Positions 34,701 through 48,340 of a stretch of 64,000 nucleotides of DNA are shown here, in pieces. Every line of letters starts with the position of its first letter. Positions within the stretch are counted from its first letter, which is position 1. The position numbers and the translations under genes were made by a program. Below the pieces are notes generated by a model. The model was not told where the DNA came from, searched no databases, and worked only from the letters and a program-made list of their open reading frames with translations. The stretch is from Antechinus flavipes (Eukaryota): positions 258,602,001 through 258,666,000 of the forward strand of contig NC_067403.1 in NCBI RefSeq assembly GCF_016432865.1, written 5' to 3'.

Positions 34701-37700
34701 CAAGTAATCCAATATATGTTAAACATATGCCATTCTTCTATATGTATTTCCACATTTATCATGTGGCACAAGAAAAATCAGATTAAAAAGAGGAAAAAAT
34801 TAGAAATTTAAAAAGCAAGCAAACAGCAACAAAATGGTGAAAATACTAGGTTATGGGCCACATTTCAGTCCCCACAGTCCTCTGTCTGGATGCAGATGGC
34901 TCTCTCGATCACAAGACTATTGGAATTGTCCTGAATCGCCTCCATGAGTGCTTATTTCCAAATCCAGTAGCCTTTTCGTAATCCTCATTCTCTTTGCATT
35001 CTCACCTCTCTAGATTTTTGAGTAACCTCTCCTTGTTATACTTTTACATATCTGACCGTTCCTTCTCAGTATTCTTTCCTAGATCCTCATACCGATATTA
35101 TCATCTAACCATGCTTAAGCTTTGGGGATTCTTTTTTATTCCCACAGTGCCTGGCACACAGAAGGTACTTAATAAATGGTTACTGATTTCCTGACTGACT
35201 GTTGATGCCATCAGGAGTGTAGACAAAGATCATCCATATAATTCTGGCTGGAACTACTATGAGGTTTTGTTTTGGGAACCTGAAACTTATGTTTTGATAA
35301 CTGAAATATACCTGGGTCCTGAGGTGTTATGAGGCTCAAATGCGATAATAGAGGTGTAACTTTTGGTAAGGTACTTCTATGATATTTGAAGTATTATAGA
35401 AATGCCAATTAAAGTAATAATATATAATTGGTGATGATGATAATGCTGCTGCTGCTTTTGTCACCCGCCCTCCCTTTTCTTTATGTTTTCTTTCTTGGAG
35501 AGGAAGTTGATTTACCTTAACTATGGATATGGTTGAACTATATTCATTACTATAACTGCTGTTCCAGTTTACTCCAAATCATACATAACCATCCTATTCT
35601 AGGTGCTAGAAAGGAATAAATAGTTTGCATGAGGACTCAAATTGGGGTTACCAAGATTAAGAATGTGTAGCCCATGTGAGGCTGGGCAGATGATGTCACA
35701 TTGGGAGGTTCTGAAAAGTATCTTTCTTGTGGTACTTGCACAGTTCCGGAAATGAATATTTTTCAATCACTGACTTCTTAAATGGTGAATATGTGTGGAA
35801 ATGACATATGATACCCACCTTCACAGAATGAATAAAGAAGTAAAATCAAAGCAATCTAAGATCAGGACTAATCAGACATCAGGAGATTTGATATGTGGCT
35901 GTACTTTAGTTCTAGTATCTTGTTAGGATTTGTATCTCAAAGCAACATCAGATCAAACATCTCTTGACCATAGCTATTTGTTGCTGAGATTGTTTATGCC
36001 TCTGATACCCCTCTTTCAAGGGAGATTATTGTCCATTATTGACTAATCTTCATCTATGATACCCCAATGCCATATTTTCTTTCTCCTCTCCTTCTATCTT
36101 CCTTTCCATTTTCACTTTAATGAACATGGGATCTCTAAGCTTGGCTTTCTTTTTTCTCCCCAAAAATTTTTTTGGCAAGATTGGACAAAAAGTCCAGAGA
36201 AATAGAACTTTAGTCAGCTCTTCTGCATACTAGAGAGTAAACAAAATAGCACTCTAAATGGGTGAATTCAAGTGGAAAATTTGATCAAAACTATTTTGTA
36301 TTTTGTATTTGATCAAAACTATTTGTATTTGTATTTTGTATTTGTATTTATACAAATTGTTACCAAAATTACATTTTTTGATAACTCTAAGAAAATTAGT
36401 AAAATTAGGGGGGGAAAAGAATTCTCTTAGGTGAAAACCTAAACCTTAGCTACAAATGATGATGTGTGGGATGGGGAAGACCCCTACCCAAAATGACTAC
36501 TTAGAGATCACTCAAAGGACAAAGCAGAAAGATTGTTTTATGTCATGAGCATCTCATGAGAGGCAGGGCAATCCAGCTGTGAGAGATAAAGGAAAATGAA
36601 AGTACTCATAGCAGCAGGGCCAAAGAATTAGTGAATGTGCACAGCTTTTATAGATTTTGTTACAAGAGATTACATCACAAGTAAGAGAGCATTGGGGGGG
36701 GGGTATCTAATTTGTTGTTGCTGTCCCAACAGATTGGAATGGATAGTTTCTGGCTTAGGCCTCCAGGCTTTAGATAATGGAGCTCACCGTTGAAAAGCTC
36801 ATAGACTAGATATCAATAATTATCAAACTGATAAATGTCACCAACTTAGGTTAGATAAATATGCCTGTAATTAACTAAGGTTTAAATAAATATAGGCCTG
36901 CACATATTGTACTTATGCAGGTCATATGGAAACACAGAAGTAATGAAAATCAAGAAAAAGAATTCACACATTACTCTAAGTTCTTCATCTCTCCATTCCA
37001 TACAGGGATGAGGCAGTCACTGGGCCACAGAGTTGTAGCAGGATACCTGGGTCCAAATTTTTCCAACCTTGTTCCCCCAGGGTTCTAAAGTATGACAATT
37101 TCTTTTTTTTAAAATCAAAGCTTTTCATTTTCCAAACCATATGCATAGATAATTTTTCAACAATGACTCTTGCAAAACCTTGTGTTTTAAATTTCTCTCT
37201 CCTTTCCCCAACCCCCTCCCCTAGATGGCAAGTAAGCCAATATATATTAAACATATTAAAATATGTTAAATCAAATACATACTAATTTAAACTATTATCA
37301 TGTTGCAAATAAGAAAACCTACATATACAGTTATGAAGATAGATATAGACATTTACTTCTATACATCACATATTTCTTTATCCATGGAATATACTTGTAC
37401 AATATAAATATGTGTAAGAACATATGGGAATATACACCTATAAACAGACAATATTGTTGAGACCGCAAAAAGATGAGGTTGCAGAATGGTGTCACAAGGT
37501 GACTCAAAAGAATTTGAAGGCTTGAACCCATCTCCAAATCAAGGGACAATGTTTATTATAATTGTAACACCAATGGAAGTGGACTAAGTTCCAAAAGGAT
37601 TTAGCAAAGCACCAGGAGCAAGAAGATAAATTTGTAGCAACTGACAGAGATTCAGTTCTTCATGTCACTGATCTGCTAATTGTATGGCTTAGAGGTAGAA

Positions 37701-38651
37701 TGAGGCGTGGTCTGATATGCACTTCAGTATTGAATTTTCTGGTTTAGAGGTGGGGCTGAGGACTAGTCCTGTGTGCACTTCACCATGTCTCAGAAACCCT
37801 GTCATCCTGATCAACAGATTGTTATCATAGTCAACAATGTTTGCAGGACTCCACTATAGTATTCCTAAGGCCAGGAGACTTTAAAATCATCCACAAACAG
37901 ATTGTTAGAACAATAGCATTCCTAAGGTCTGGGCGCTTCGGGATTACAAGCAGTTTGTACGCCAAATGAATTTGTGACAAAGGGAAGAAGGTTACATTTT
38001 TTTGGAACTGCTTCAGGCTGATAAGGGCTGTAGAGCTGGCCTTGTCTAGTGGGGTCCAGACTGAAGAGGGGAGAGACATGACTCAAAGGTGGTGGCAGCA
38101 GTATCCAGGGAGTGTTGAGTGTCAGAGTCAGGTATAAGGTAATATTCAGGTTAGCCAAGTATTTGGAATTTCATTCTTTGGAATCTGGAAGAAACAACTT
38201 TCACAAGTAGATTAAAAATTCAAGGACCAAAAGTGAACAAAAAAAAATAAACAAAAGTAAGTTAGTATGGGGGTTACCCCATACCAGGAACCCCACCCAG
38301 AGGAAGAGGGTTTGTTGGGGTAGAATAGATGAGGCTATCATGAGTGTCTCACATCCAGCCAGCTTTTCCTAGGAAAAGTACCAAAGAACATTTTCTCTAA
38401 TTCCCTGCTTTTTTCTTCTCAAAGGAGTAGGGTCAATGGAGGAATAGCAGCATTATACACAGTGCAAGGAGTGCTCAGGTGACCTCGGATACAAGGACCA
38501 TAATATTGAAAAGGCATTAAGACATTAAGTATTGGCTAGAAAAAATAAAATGCAGTGTGGAGATCATAATTAATCTTAAGTGCCTTGGCCGCAGCTTGGG
38601 TTCTTTGAGAAGTGAAACTGGGCTAATGACACTCTATAAAGAATTGGGCAG

Positions 38652-39303
38652 AAGGGAAAGGGACCTGTATGTGCCAAAATGTTTCTGGCTGCCCTGTTTG
38701 TAGTGGCTAGAAGCTGGAAAATGAAAGGATGCCCATCCATGGGAGAATGGCTGGGTAAATTGTGGTATATGAACGTTATGGAATATTATTGTTCTGTAAG
38801 AAATGACCAGCAGGATGACTACAGAGAGGACTGGCGAGACTTACATGAACTGATGCTAAGTGAAATGAGCAGAACCAGGAGATCATTATATACATCAACA
38901 ATGATACTGTTTGAGGATGTATTCTGATGGAAGTGGATCTCTTCGAGAAAGAGAGCTAATTCAGTTTCAATTGATGAAAGATGGGCAGAAGCAGCTACAC
39001 CCAAAGAAAGAACACTGGGAGATGAATATAAACTGTTTACATTTTTGTTTTTCTTCCCGGGTTATTTCTACCTTCTGAATTCAATTCTCCCTGTGCAACA
39101 AGAGAACTGTTCGGTTCTGGACACGTATATTGTATCTAGGATATTCTGTAACCTATTCAACATATAAAGGATTGCTTGCCATCTGGGGGAAGGGGTGAAG
39201 GGAGGGCGGGGAAAAATCGGAAAAGAAGTGAGTGCAAAGGATAATGGTGTAAAAAAATTACCCTGGCATGGGTTCTGTCAATAAAAAGTTAAAAAAAAAA
39301 AAA
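38652..39303 (+). mobile_element. Young 5'-truncated LINE-1 (~650 bp), unit-C specific
   Basis: ORF2 tail (ORF 38679-38927), 3'UTR and 16-nt polyA. 14-bp TSD AAAGAA(T/C)TGGGCAG at 38638-38651 and 39304-39317; empty sites at about 6319, 21907 and 55273. Confidence 0.97.
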
Positions 39304-41735
39304 AAAGAACTGGGCAGGCCAAAATGAGGCAAGAATTCCTTTAGCAAAAAAAAACTCAGTCTTTTCAGTCTTACAAAGGAATGCTTCTATCCAATTAGTA
39401 AAGGTGCCAAGAAAAGCCAAAAACAGTTTGACCCTCCTTCATGTACGGGGCATCTGTGTAAAAGCTTTGATGAGGGGGGAGTTTGGCCCTCTGAGCAGAG
39501 ATTCCAGGGGGAGAGAGACTTAGCCTCCAAGGTGCTATTGAGACTCACCACAGAGTAACCTGTCTTCCTTTGTCCATTTTCAAGAAAACGCCACCCACCA
39601 GTAAGTCATTCACTGACTGGGTTTTGAGAAGAATGTTCTGTTTTCCTAAAGTTCCCAAATTCTTAAATCTTCTGTTAACAGTCAGTGCAAATAGACTACA
39701 ATTCACATATCCCTTTAGGGGGCTTTGATTAGAGCTCCTTTAAAATTGCTTATACTATCATATCCCAAATAACAAATTTCAGTGAACTGAGTGTAGTTTC
39801 TTTCTCTTCCTCTCACCCCTTCATTCACATATCCCTGCTCCAGTCATGGAAAGTGGGAAGGAAGAAGAAAGAGAAAGAGACTCTCTTTCCTCTATTCACT
39901 ATCCTCTTAGTCTTGGGGAGGCCTTAATCTAATTGAATTTGCTTCCAAATTACATTATGCACACCCAAAAATCATTTGTCCCAACAATGGCATTGTATGT
40001 TGTTCATATTGAAAAACCCATGTAAAAATATCAAATATGAAGCAATTAAATACCATAAAGCAGTGAACATTCATATTGCATTTGTTTTTGCTAAGCACTT
40101 TTGCACTCATGTGATTGTCACAACACCAATCATCATTTCTCTTTACAAATCAGAAAACTAAGCTGAGATAAAATAATTTGCCAGAAATTACACAGTTAAT
40201 ACATATCCCAAACTGCCATAGAGAATAGTGGACTTACCAAATGCAGAGCTTGAGTGGCTTTCTCACCTTACACTGCCTGTTGAACACTGCCAGAGGCATC
40301 AGATTCTTCTCAAAAAGGCTGAACAGAACTTGCTGAAGGTTGGGGCAGTTGGTGCCAGGATCTCCCTTTGATGGTAGTTTCAAGTGCCAGGATGGAGGGA
40401 ATGCTGACTATGGTCCTGACCTCTATTTCCTCAAGCTGGATTGGCGAGCTGTTTGGATAAGGTATATGGCGTTTCCATGGCTGTTGCTGCATCAGTCTTG
40501 TTAGCAATCTCCACCACTGAGATACACTTAAGACTCCAGGGAGTGGAGCATGCTCAATGATCAGGTTTCTGGGATATTTCCCCAATGCAACAGAAGGAAC
40601 TTCAGACAAGATAGAAATCAAGAAAGGATAAGCAAAAAGTTACTTTAAATTTTTTTTTCTTTTTTCACGCCCTTCCTTCAGAACAGGGTAAATCCCAAGA
40701 ATTATCCCTAATGTTTCAAGAATTTTTCTTGCAATCTTAAAATGACTAATTGCCAAGGTGCTTAACTGTTGCTCTCAAAATCTTGAGAATCTGCTAAGAT
40801 ATTATTTGGCAATTCTATAATTTTAATTAGTTAACTTTATTTCTGTACACTTGGCCAGAGCTGGGGTCCAAAGAAAAAAGTCAGGTTTTTTCTCCTTTTA
40901 AGGTGAGAGTCAAGGATGTTAAAAAGTTTTTCCGAGCATTCCAACTGCAGTATACAAGTTTTTTTTCCTTGCTGGCTGTATTTTAAATCTTTCCAGGTAA
41001 CAGAATCTAGCTCACAAAACAAAACTGATGCAGACATTCTGTATAGAGATGTGGACATAGAAAAAAAGTCATGAAAGAAAACTGTCCCATTTTTTTTTTT
41101 GAAACAAAAAGTAAGATATGTCAACCCTAATATTTTCATCCTGCTCATCTAAAGCAGGGATGTCACAGTCGGTAACCACTTTGCTCACTGGGTAGTGAGT
41201 AATGGACTTGAACATAAAGGGGTAAAATGTACAACCCCACTTCTCTATGCTTAAGGGTAGCATTTTGTGTTTTTAGAGGTGTTTGAGTCCCCAGTGTTGC
41301 AAAGGGAACTAGTGTAAATGTCTGTCCATCTAAGATTTTAAAAATGTACTTTTCTCTCTATTATTCCTATCTCTGTGCTTTCATTTTTTTTTTTTTGCCA
41401 GACCCAGTTTGCCTTGTCTTTCCAATTCAAACTAATCTGAACTATTGCTAAGTTAACCTTTTGTCCTTGGAGGAGAGATTCAAGGTCCAAGACTGTTCTC
41501 CTTCATGATAAAAAATCTCTGCAGCTTGGAGTTATGTCCAGTCTCTCTGAATGTGTGATAGGCTCTCCTAAACCTTTTCCCCATATCCTGGAGTTACCTC
41601 ATTTTCCTTTAGATGGGGAATTTTCTGATTTAGAAGTGGGTTTGAGGACTAGTCTGCTATGTACCTCACCATTTGTCTCAAGTCCTAAAATACTCCTGTG
41701 ACCCCAAATACATAGAAGGTTGTATCTCTTTCAGC

Positions 41736-42067
41736 NNNNNNNNNNNNNNNNNNNNNNNNNNNNNNNNNNNNNNNNNNNNNNNNNNNNNNNNNNNNNNNNN
41801 NNNNNNNNNNNNNNNNNNNNNNNNNNNNNNNNNNNNNNNNNNNNNNNNNNNNNNNNNNNNNNNNNNNNNNNNNNNNNNNNNNNNNNNNNNNNNNNNNNNN
41901 NNNNNNNNNNNNNNNACCCCCTCTCTCCTTCNNNNNNNNNNNNNNNNNNNNNNNNNNNNNNNNNNNNNNNNNNNNNNNNNNNNNNNNNNNNNNNNNNNNN
42001 NNNNNNNNNNNNNNNNNNNNNNNNNNNNNNNNNNNNNNNNNNNNNNNNNNNNNNNNNNNNNNNNNNN
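41736..42067. other. Assembly gaps (N at 41736-41915 and 41932-42067) at the (CT)n site of unit C
   Basis: N runs flanked by the same sequence as the (CT)n tracts of units A and B. Confidence 0.97.
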
Positions 42068-42699
42068 CTCCAAGTGGCTTGGGGAACTCTGGGAATCATT
42101 TTTACCTGAACTTTCCCCTTTCCTTCCAACTTAATAGGCCATGGAATATATGATTCCTTAAATCAGAAAAATGAGACAGAATTGTATTCAACGAATAATT
42201 TGTTCCACTGAATAAACTTTTGCAGCCAAAGGAGCTTACTTTGAATGAGGAAGGATAGAAGTAGCCTTTTGTATATTTTTATAATGCAATATATTTTAAA
42301 ATATTTTTCCACTGATAGACATACATTTGTGCCTTAGAAATATAAATATTTTAGCCTTTCAAATTAATTCTGAAAAGAGCTAATTCTCAGTTGATAATTT
42401 AAGTATTTTAAGTTGATTTTCAATCATTCTGCTTAAATTCATTTAGAACTAACCCTAATTAAGCTGTAGATTTGTGATCTTTAATGTAAATTCAACTAAT
42501 TTTTCAGTTCATCATTTTAGCTTTGAATGACTATTTCTCCCCTTTCCACTGAAAATTGTAATCTTCTTCCATATGGATTTCCAGGGAATAATCCCATAGA
42601 TGAAGCAACACAACCCTGAAATTGGCCAAATGTTCTAAATCTGAGATCCTCCCTGGATAGTCTCATGTGCTCTTGCTGACATTTAATGGAAAGTCATCC

Positions 42700-43114
42700 T
42701 GTAGAAGGCTGGAAGAATTGCAGAGGACTGGAACTCTGAAAAGGTGTACTTGAATCCAAGACAGCAGAGTATTTAAGGCTAAATGGCTACTCAATGTGAG
42801 ATAATGGTTCTATAAACATATACTTAGATGATAATGGTGATGTGATGGATCTCCTCACAACTGGAGCCTGCTGAATGTGTTGTGGTGAGGTAATCCTAGG
42901 AAGGATTGGAGGGCTGAGGGAGAGATTCAGAGTCTCTCTGCCACAGCTTGCTCAAGACTTAGGCTCCAGACTTCAGAGTCCAGGATCCATCCTTGACCAG
43001 ACACATGGCAGCTTGCCTACCTCCTTCATTTCTCCTCCTAAAAACCAAGGATTGTGATTGATCCTGACTTTGACTGACCCTGAGGGCCTCCAGAAAGCTA
43101 TCCCGGACATTACA
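42700..43114 (+). mobile_element. Solo ERV LTR, unit C
   Basis: Same termini; flanks tcatcc / gcatcc. Confidence 0.8.
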
Positions 43115-45977
43115 GCATCCAATTTAAATTAGGGCTTGCACTAAAACAGCAAATACAGAATGGAAATTCCTGATTTTATTATGGTTGAGTTCTCCCTTGG
43201 ACACTGCTATGTCTGACGCTTAAATATTGACTTTCCAAAATTATTATTACTAATTCATCTCTAAGAAATCACAGTTACCATTCATTGTTGATGGGATTTT
43301 AGTAGCCATATTAGTAATGATAATGAAAAATGAAAACTTACTGCATCCTAAGTTTCTAGGATAAGTCCTTGCCATGTGTCCAGAAAGGTAGTTCTCTTTT
43401 ATGTAAGATATGTTTTAGTTGTAGAATATAAATTTTATCCACATGATGAACGACACCCCTTTTTAGCTGGAAGCAGACAGTTCCAGCGGAAGAGAGAGAT
43501 TTCCAGCCCTTGTCTCCAGAATTTCTGCTCCCCAGGAGACAGAAAAGGGGGAAATGGTGGGTCACAGCCCAGGGACTATTGTCTAATAAAGGACTGTGAA
43601 GCAATTAAAATCTTTTTGCTGCTGATTTGTCTGCAAGAAAACCCCCTTCCTAACTTATCTTCCTTAGCTCTCTTTTACCACTCTGTAGGCTATTAAGAAT
43701 TGCTAGGTAAGTGCTAAATTTTCAAATTGTTAGTGTATTAGATCTTCAGGTCTAGCAAACCTGCTGGCCTCCTTCCCCTAAAGATAAGAGGGTTCCCCAA
43801 TTTAAGGCCCACTTTTTCAGAGTAGCATGTTCTCCAGGAAGGCTCAGTTTCTTTCCTGGGGTTCAGGGTGACTTAACAGTGAACTGGGGTGCTGTTGGCT
43901 GGATTTATTTGGGAACTCCTCAGATAGATTGTTTGCTTTTGCATTGACTCTACTTTTCTGGGACTCTGGGATTGTGAGAGGCAGATATTGAGGATTGGTA
44001 CTGGAACCTTCCTTTCAAAAGTACCTTTTGATAGTGTATGTGTGGGGTCTGGTGCAGAACCCCATTTCCCAATTAACCAATCAAAGACATCATCAGATAC
44101 AAAGAGAAAGCATTTATTTACTTCTTTCAGGGAGAGACCAACACACACCTGGGAGCTATCCCAACTCCCCCATGTGCTCCTGGAACCTGGCCAGCTTCTG
44201 GCTTGTCCAGGACTTAAAAGCAAAATACCCAAACATTTTTACTGGATAGACTAAAGGATGTAACCATCTTTGATCGATGGTCACCAATTGAGAACAGTGG
44301 GTCTATGTCTTTATCCCTGAATTCTTCTTGGATTTATGCTTGTGCTTCAGTATCTTTGACATGCTCCCCCCATTTTGGACATGAGGGATGGAGAGGTCAC
44401 TGGTCCACAGACCTGTAGCAGGATACCTGGGTCCAAATTTTTCCAACCTTCTTCCCCCAGGGTCCTAAAGTATGACAATTTCTCTTTTTAATTAAAGCTT
44501 TTTATTTTTCAAAGCACATACATAGATATTTTCCCAACATTGACTCATGCAAAACCTTGTATTTCAAATTTCCCTCTCCTTCCCCTCACCCCCTCCCCTA
44601 GATGGCAAGTAAGCCAATATATATTAAACATGTTAAAGTATGTTAAATCCAATATATATATGTATATACACACACATATATTTATACAATTATTGTGCTG
44701 CACAAGCAAAATCAAAAAAGCAAAAATGAGAGAAAACAAAATGCAAGTAAACAACATCAAAAAGAGGGAAAATGCTATGTTGTGATCCACACTCAGTTCC
44801 CCCAGTCCTCTCTCTGAGTGCAGATGGCTCTCTTCATCACAGGATCATTGGAACTGCTGGCTGCCAATTTCTTAAAGCCCTGTGGATGGACTGGAAAGGG
44901 CAGGTTTCCATCACCTTAAACTTTGAGGCTGTGTTTATATTTAAATTGGAATCATTATTTTGAAATTGAATAAAATCATTACTATTAACTATTGCATGCT
45001 AAACTTGTGAACTTGTTTATTCTTGTATAAGACTGTAGAAATATATGTGCATTGAAGTATTGTTACTAGAAATTTTAATCTATATTTGATTTGATTTTAA
45101 GTTAAAAATTTTTTGGTTCTCTGGTAACTTACCTAAAGAAGTCACATGTTTACATCTCCTAATTAGATGAAAAACACGGGGAAAATAGCATCACCCATAT
45201 TCCACATATGATTTTGTGAAAATTTATTCAAAAGTTTGGAGAGGCTGCTTCTAGATGTACTTGAGAGAGTGAAGAGGTTTATCTGCTCCCTTTAGAATAT
45301 GGACAGGGATTCCTTAAGAGGGTTTTCTTGACTTCTGGTAGGATGATGAAATTCCTTTTTTTTTTTTTTTTTTTTTTGGTGTCTGGTGTCTGGTGTCTAC
45401 ATTAGTACAAGGCAGAACACACCATGCGTGCTATGAGTACTTGGGTCATTTTCAAGCTACACAACATTGTTTGCAAACCTTTTTGTTACTTACAATAATT
45501 TTACTGAGGTGAAATGTTTAACAACTTTTTACCAAACTGTTTTCAGAAACCCTGTTAATGCAGCAACACAACCATCCTGAGCAATTTCCTGGCCCCTCTC
45601 TGTTCCATCAGCATCTGTCTGCTAGCCTCTCCCCCTTGGTCAGACACTCCCCTTTGTGTTCAGATTCCTAAATAAATTCGGTGCTCCTTTGCTCCCCTTC
45701 TTAATAGGAACCATTATATACATTGTACATTATGACTGAGGGGTAGTTATACCAGAAATGTTGAATTGGTTTAACATAAAGAAAAATATCAACATAATCG
45801 ATCACATGAATAATAAAAGTTAAGAAGAATCATAAGTTTATATCATTTGGTGTCTGAACGAAGTATAATATTGAACTGGGAACCACTGAGGAAGAAATAA
45901 GACTATTGCCACTGGAGGAATCAAATGGGGCTGAATGATTTTCCCAATTGAGATAATACACAGGAAATGGTTGGTCA

Positions 45978-45983
45978 GTGTGT

Positions 45984-46033
<50 letters not shown>

Positions 46034-46047
46034 CTTTGTGTGTGTGT
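45978..46047. repeat. (GT)n microsatellite in the predicted 3'UTR of G3
   Basis: Read directly; 61918-61948 in unit D; only short remnants at about 12750 and 29470. Confidence 0.95.
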
Positions 46048-47306
46048 ATTTCCTGTGTTGTATGCATGTTGTGCGATATGTTTGTGTGGTGTGGGTGCTA
46101 TGTATGTGTGTGAAATGATGTGTCTCCTTCCCTTGTATTGGTCTCATTAGTTTGTGCTCTGTCATATATCACCCCTATAATATCTGCATTCATCAGGAAC
46201 TGGGGCATGAAGAGTGCAGAGAGATTGGAATAGAGTCAGAGAAACTCAGAGAGACCTGGACAGAGAGGACACAAGAAGGGATGCTGAGCTCCAGCCTTGC
46301 CCTTTATCTAGAGAAAAGGATTTGGCTCAGCTGGGAGAGGAAGGGTGGGGGGAAGGGACAGGAGCCCTGGCAGAGAAGGGAGGGGGACATGGCTAAGCTG
46401 AAATCTCTTTTCCTGGCAGAGCACAGAGTTGGGGTAGGAACCCAGAGGCCTGAAGGAACTTAACTGGATCAAATCTAAGAGGAGACCAGGTCGGCAGGGT
46501 CATAGTTCCTAGAAGGGTGAAGAGTCTGACCTGAATCCATGCCTTCATTTACAAAATGACAGGATGGCCTGGGGCCTTCAAGGATGGATTTCTTTTTCCT
46601 GTACTGTTTAGGACAAGGGTCATTTCTTGTAGAAGTTTCCTCTGGGCTGATGGCATGTGAGACCCTGGACCTCACTTCCCAGGTAAAAACTCTCCAGCAA
46701 GCTAGAGGGCTTCAAAGAGCACAGAGCACAGGGCCTGGGTCAAGAAGCTCTGAATTCAAATCCAATCTCACATACACTTAATCTCTTTCTGCCTCAGTTT
46801 CCTCAAGTGTAAAATGGATATCCTGAGAGCACTTACCTCTCAGGTATATTGTGAGGATTAATTGAGCTATTTGTAAAGCACACAGGAGGGTTCCTGGTAT
46901 AATTTTGTCCTGTAGTCATGTGAGTCTTTGTCAACTCATCTGGAGTTTTCTTGGCAGAGAATGGAGTGTTTTGCCATTTCTGTCTGTAGCTCATTTTACA
47001 GATGAGTAAACTGAGGCAAAGAGAGTTAAGTGATTTGTGCAGGGTAACAGAGTTGGCAAGTGTCTCAGACCAGATTCCAGTTCTTCCCATTCCAGACCCT
47101 GGAGCTCTACCTTCTGCCATCTCCACCTGCCTGGCTTACACCTAATAAATGTTTGCTCATCCCTTAGACTGGAAACTCTGGACACAAAGCTAAAGAATGA
47201 CAGAGGAAATTGTGCTTTTCCTGGAGGGAGGTGGGAAGGGGCTGCAGGTGGCCTGGAGCAGGGGCTTATTTCTTAGGCTTCATCTCTGGGCTTCTTGTTC
47301 TTAGCC

Positions 47307-48269
47307 TCATGATGAGGTCTCCTGGGTGTTGGTGTGGGGGATGTCCCTCATCCCACCTCCCACCTCCTGCTCCTCCCCCAGGGCTCTCTGCAGGATCAGC
47401 CTGAGAGACTCCCTCCCTTTATGCCCCTGTTTGCCCACGAGGAAGTAAATGAAGGGGTTCATGCAGCTGTTCACACAAGCCAGGGGCTGAGGGAGGCTAA
47501 CTGGCATAAGTTCTATTCCCAAGCGAGTATATATGAAACCCCAGGCCCCGATGGGCAGGCCGCAGAGCAGGAACACGAGGACCGTGAGCAGGATCAGGAG
47601 GTAGAGCCTGGGAGGCCGCCGGCGCCGGGAGCTGCACTGGACCTTCAGCAGTAGAGTCAGGCTGGACAAGCACAGGACGCAAGTGAGGAATAGAAACCAC
47701 AGGAAATAGATAATGAGGAAGTTGTCACAGAAGGGTTGAGGAGCCACATACAACACAGTGACAAACTCTGTGACTTCGATCATCCCTGCCAGAATCCAGA
47801 GCCCGGCGCAGACCACAGCAGACAAGTGCTTGGGGCGGTGACATCGGTACCAGATGGGGAAGAGCACGGAGAGACAGCGCTCGGTGCTGATCGCGGCTAG
47901 GAGGCTCAGGCCCACGGTGTAGGACATGCATTGGAGGTAGACCACGACCGTGTATATTATAGGAAAAAAACAGGTAACAAGTCTCATTAAGGACAACAGA
48001 AAGGAGCAGCAGAGGAAGAGGGTGTCGGCCCCCGCCAGGTTGAGGATGTAGACGGAGAAGGGGTTCCTCCGGATGCGGAAGCCCAGGAGCCACAGGACCG
48101 TGCCGTTCCCCAGCAGCCCAAGGGAGGCAACAAGCAGCGAGAACACGTGCATCCAATCATAAGAATGAAATCCTCCAGGTGTCCCAGAAGCCTCACTCTC
48201 ATTTATGCTTCCCTCCGTAGCACTGTCATTACCATAGTCCTGTTGCTGAGGTGTAGGGGACACAGCCAT
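47307..48269 (-). CDS. G3: MRGPR paralog, 320 aa, intact
   Basis: Full ORF with all MRGPR motifs (TERC, LCGLP, NPFIY, helix 8) and Kozak CCACCATGG. Confidence 0.96.
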   Translation of the reverse strand: MAVSPTPQQQDYGNDSATEGSINESEASGTPGGFHSYDWMHVFSLLVASLGLLGNGTVLWLLGFRIRRNPFSVYILNLAGADTLFLCCSFLLSLMRLVTCFFPIIYTVVVYLQCMSYTVGLSLLAAISTERCLSVLFPIWYRCHRPKHLSAVVCAGLWILAGMIEVTEFVTVLYVAPQPFCDNFLIIYFLWFLFLTCVLCLSSLTLLLKVQCSSRRRRPPRLYLLILLTVLVFLLCGLPIGAWGFIYTRLGIELMPVSLPQPLACVNSCMNPFIYFLVGKQGHKGRESLRLILQRALGEEQEVGGGMRDIPHTNTQETSS

Positions 48270-48314
48270 GGTGGGGGGTCCCAGCCCCAGAAAGCCCTGC
48301 TCCTCTCAGACGCC

Positions 48315-48340
48315 CTAGGGATGCAGAGACAGAAAAGGGC
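48315..48340 (-). promoter_or_regulatory. Splice acceptor of the G3 coding exon
   Basis: Polypyrimidine tract plus TAG, 45 nt upstream of the ATG at 48269. Confidence 0.8.

Larger units (their letters stand above)
30712..47306. repeat. Tandem segmental duplication unit C (16,595 bp including a 0.65 kb L1 and N gaps)
   Basis: Collinear landmarks; the period minus the L1 and its TSD is about 15.93 kb. Confidence 0.95.

Noticed and set aside
36290-36350. Local (TTTTGTA)n duplication in unit C; also T-run and (GGTGTCT)3 at 45355-45398
   Set aside because: Ordinary slippage events with no wider pattern.
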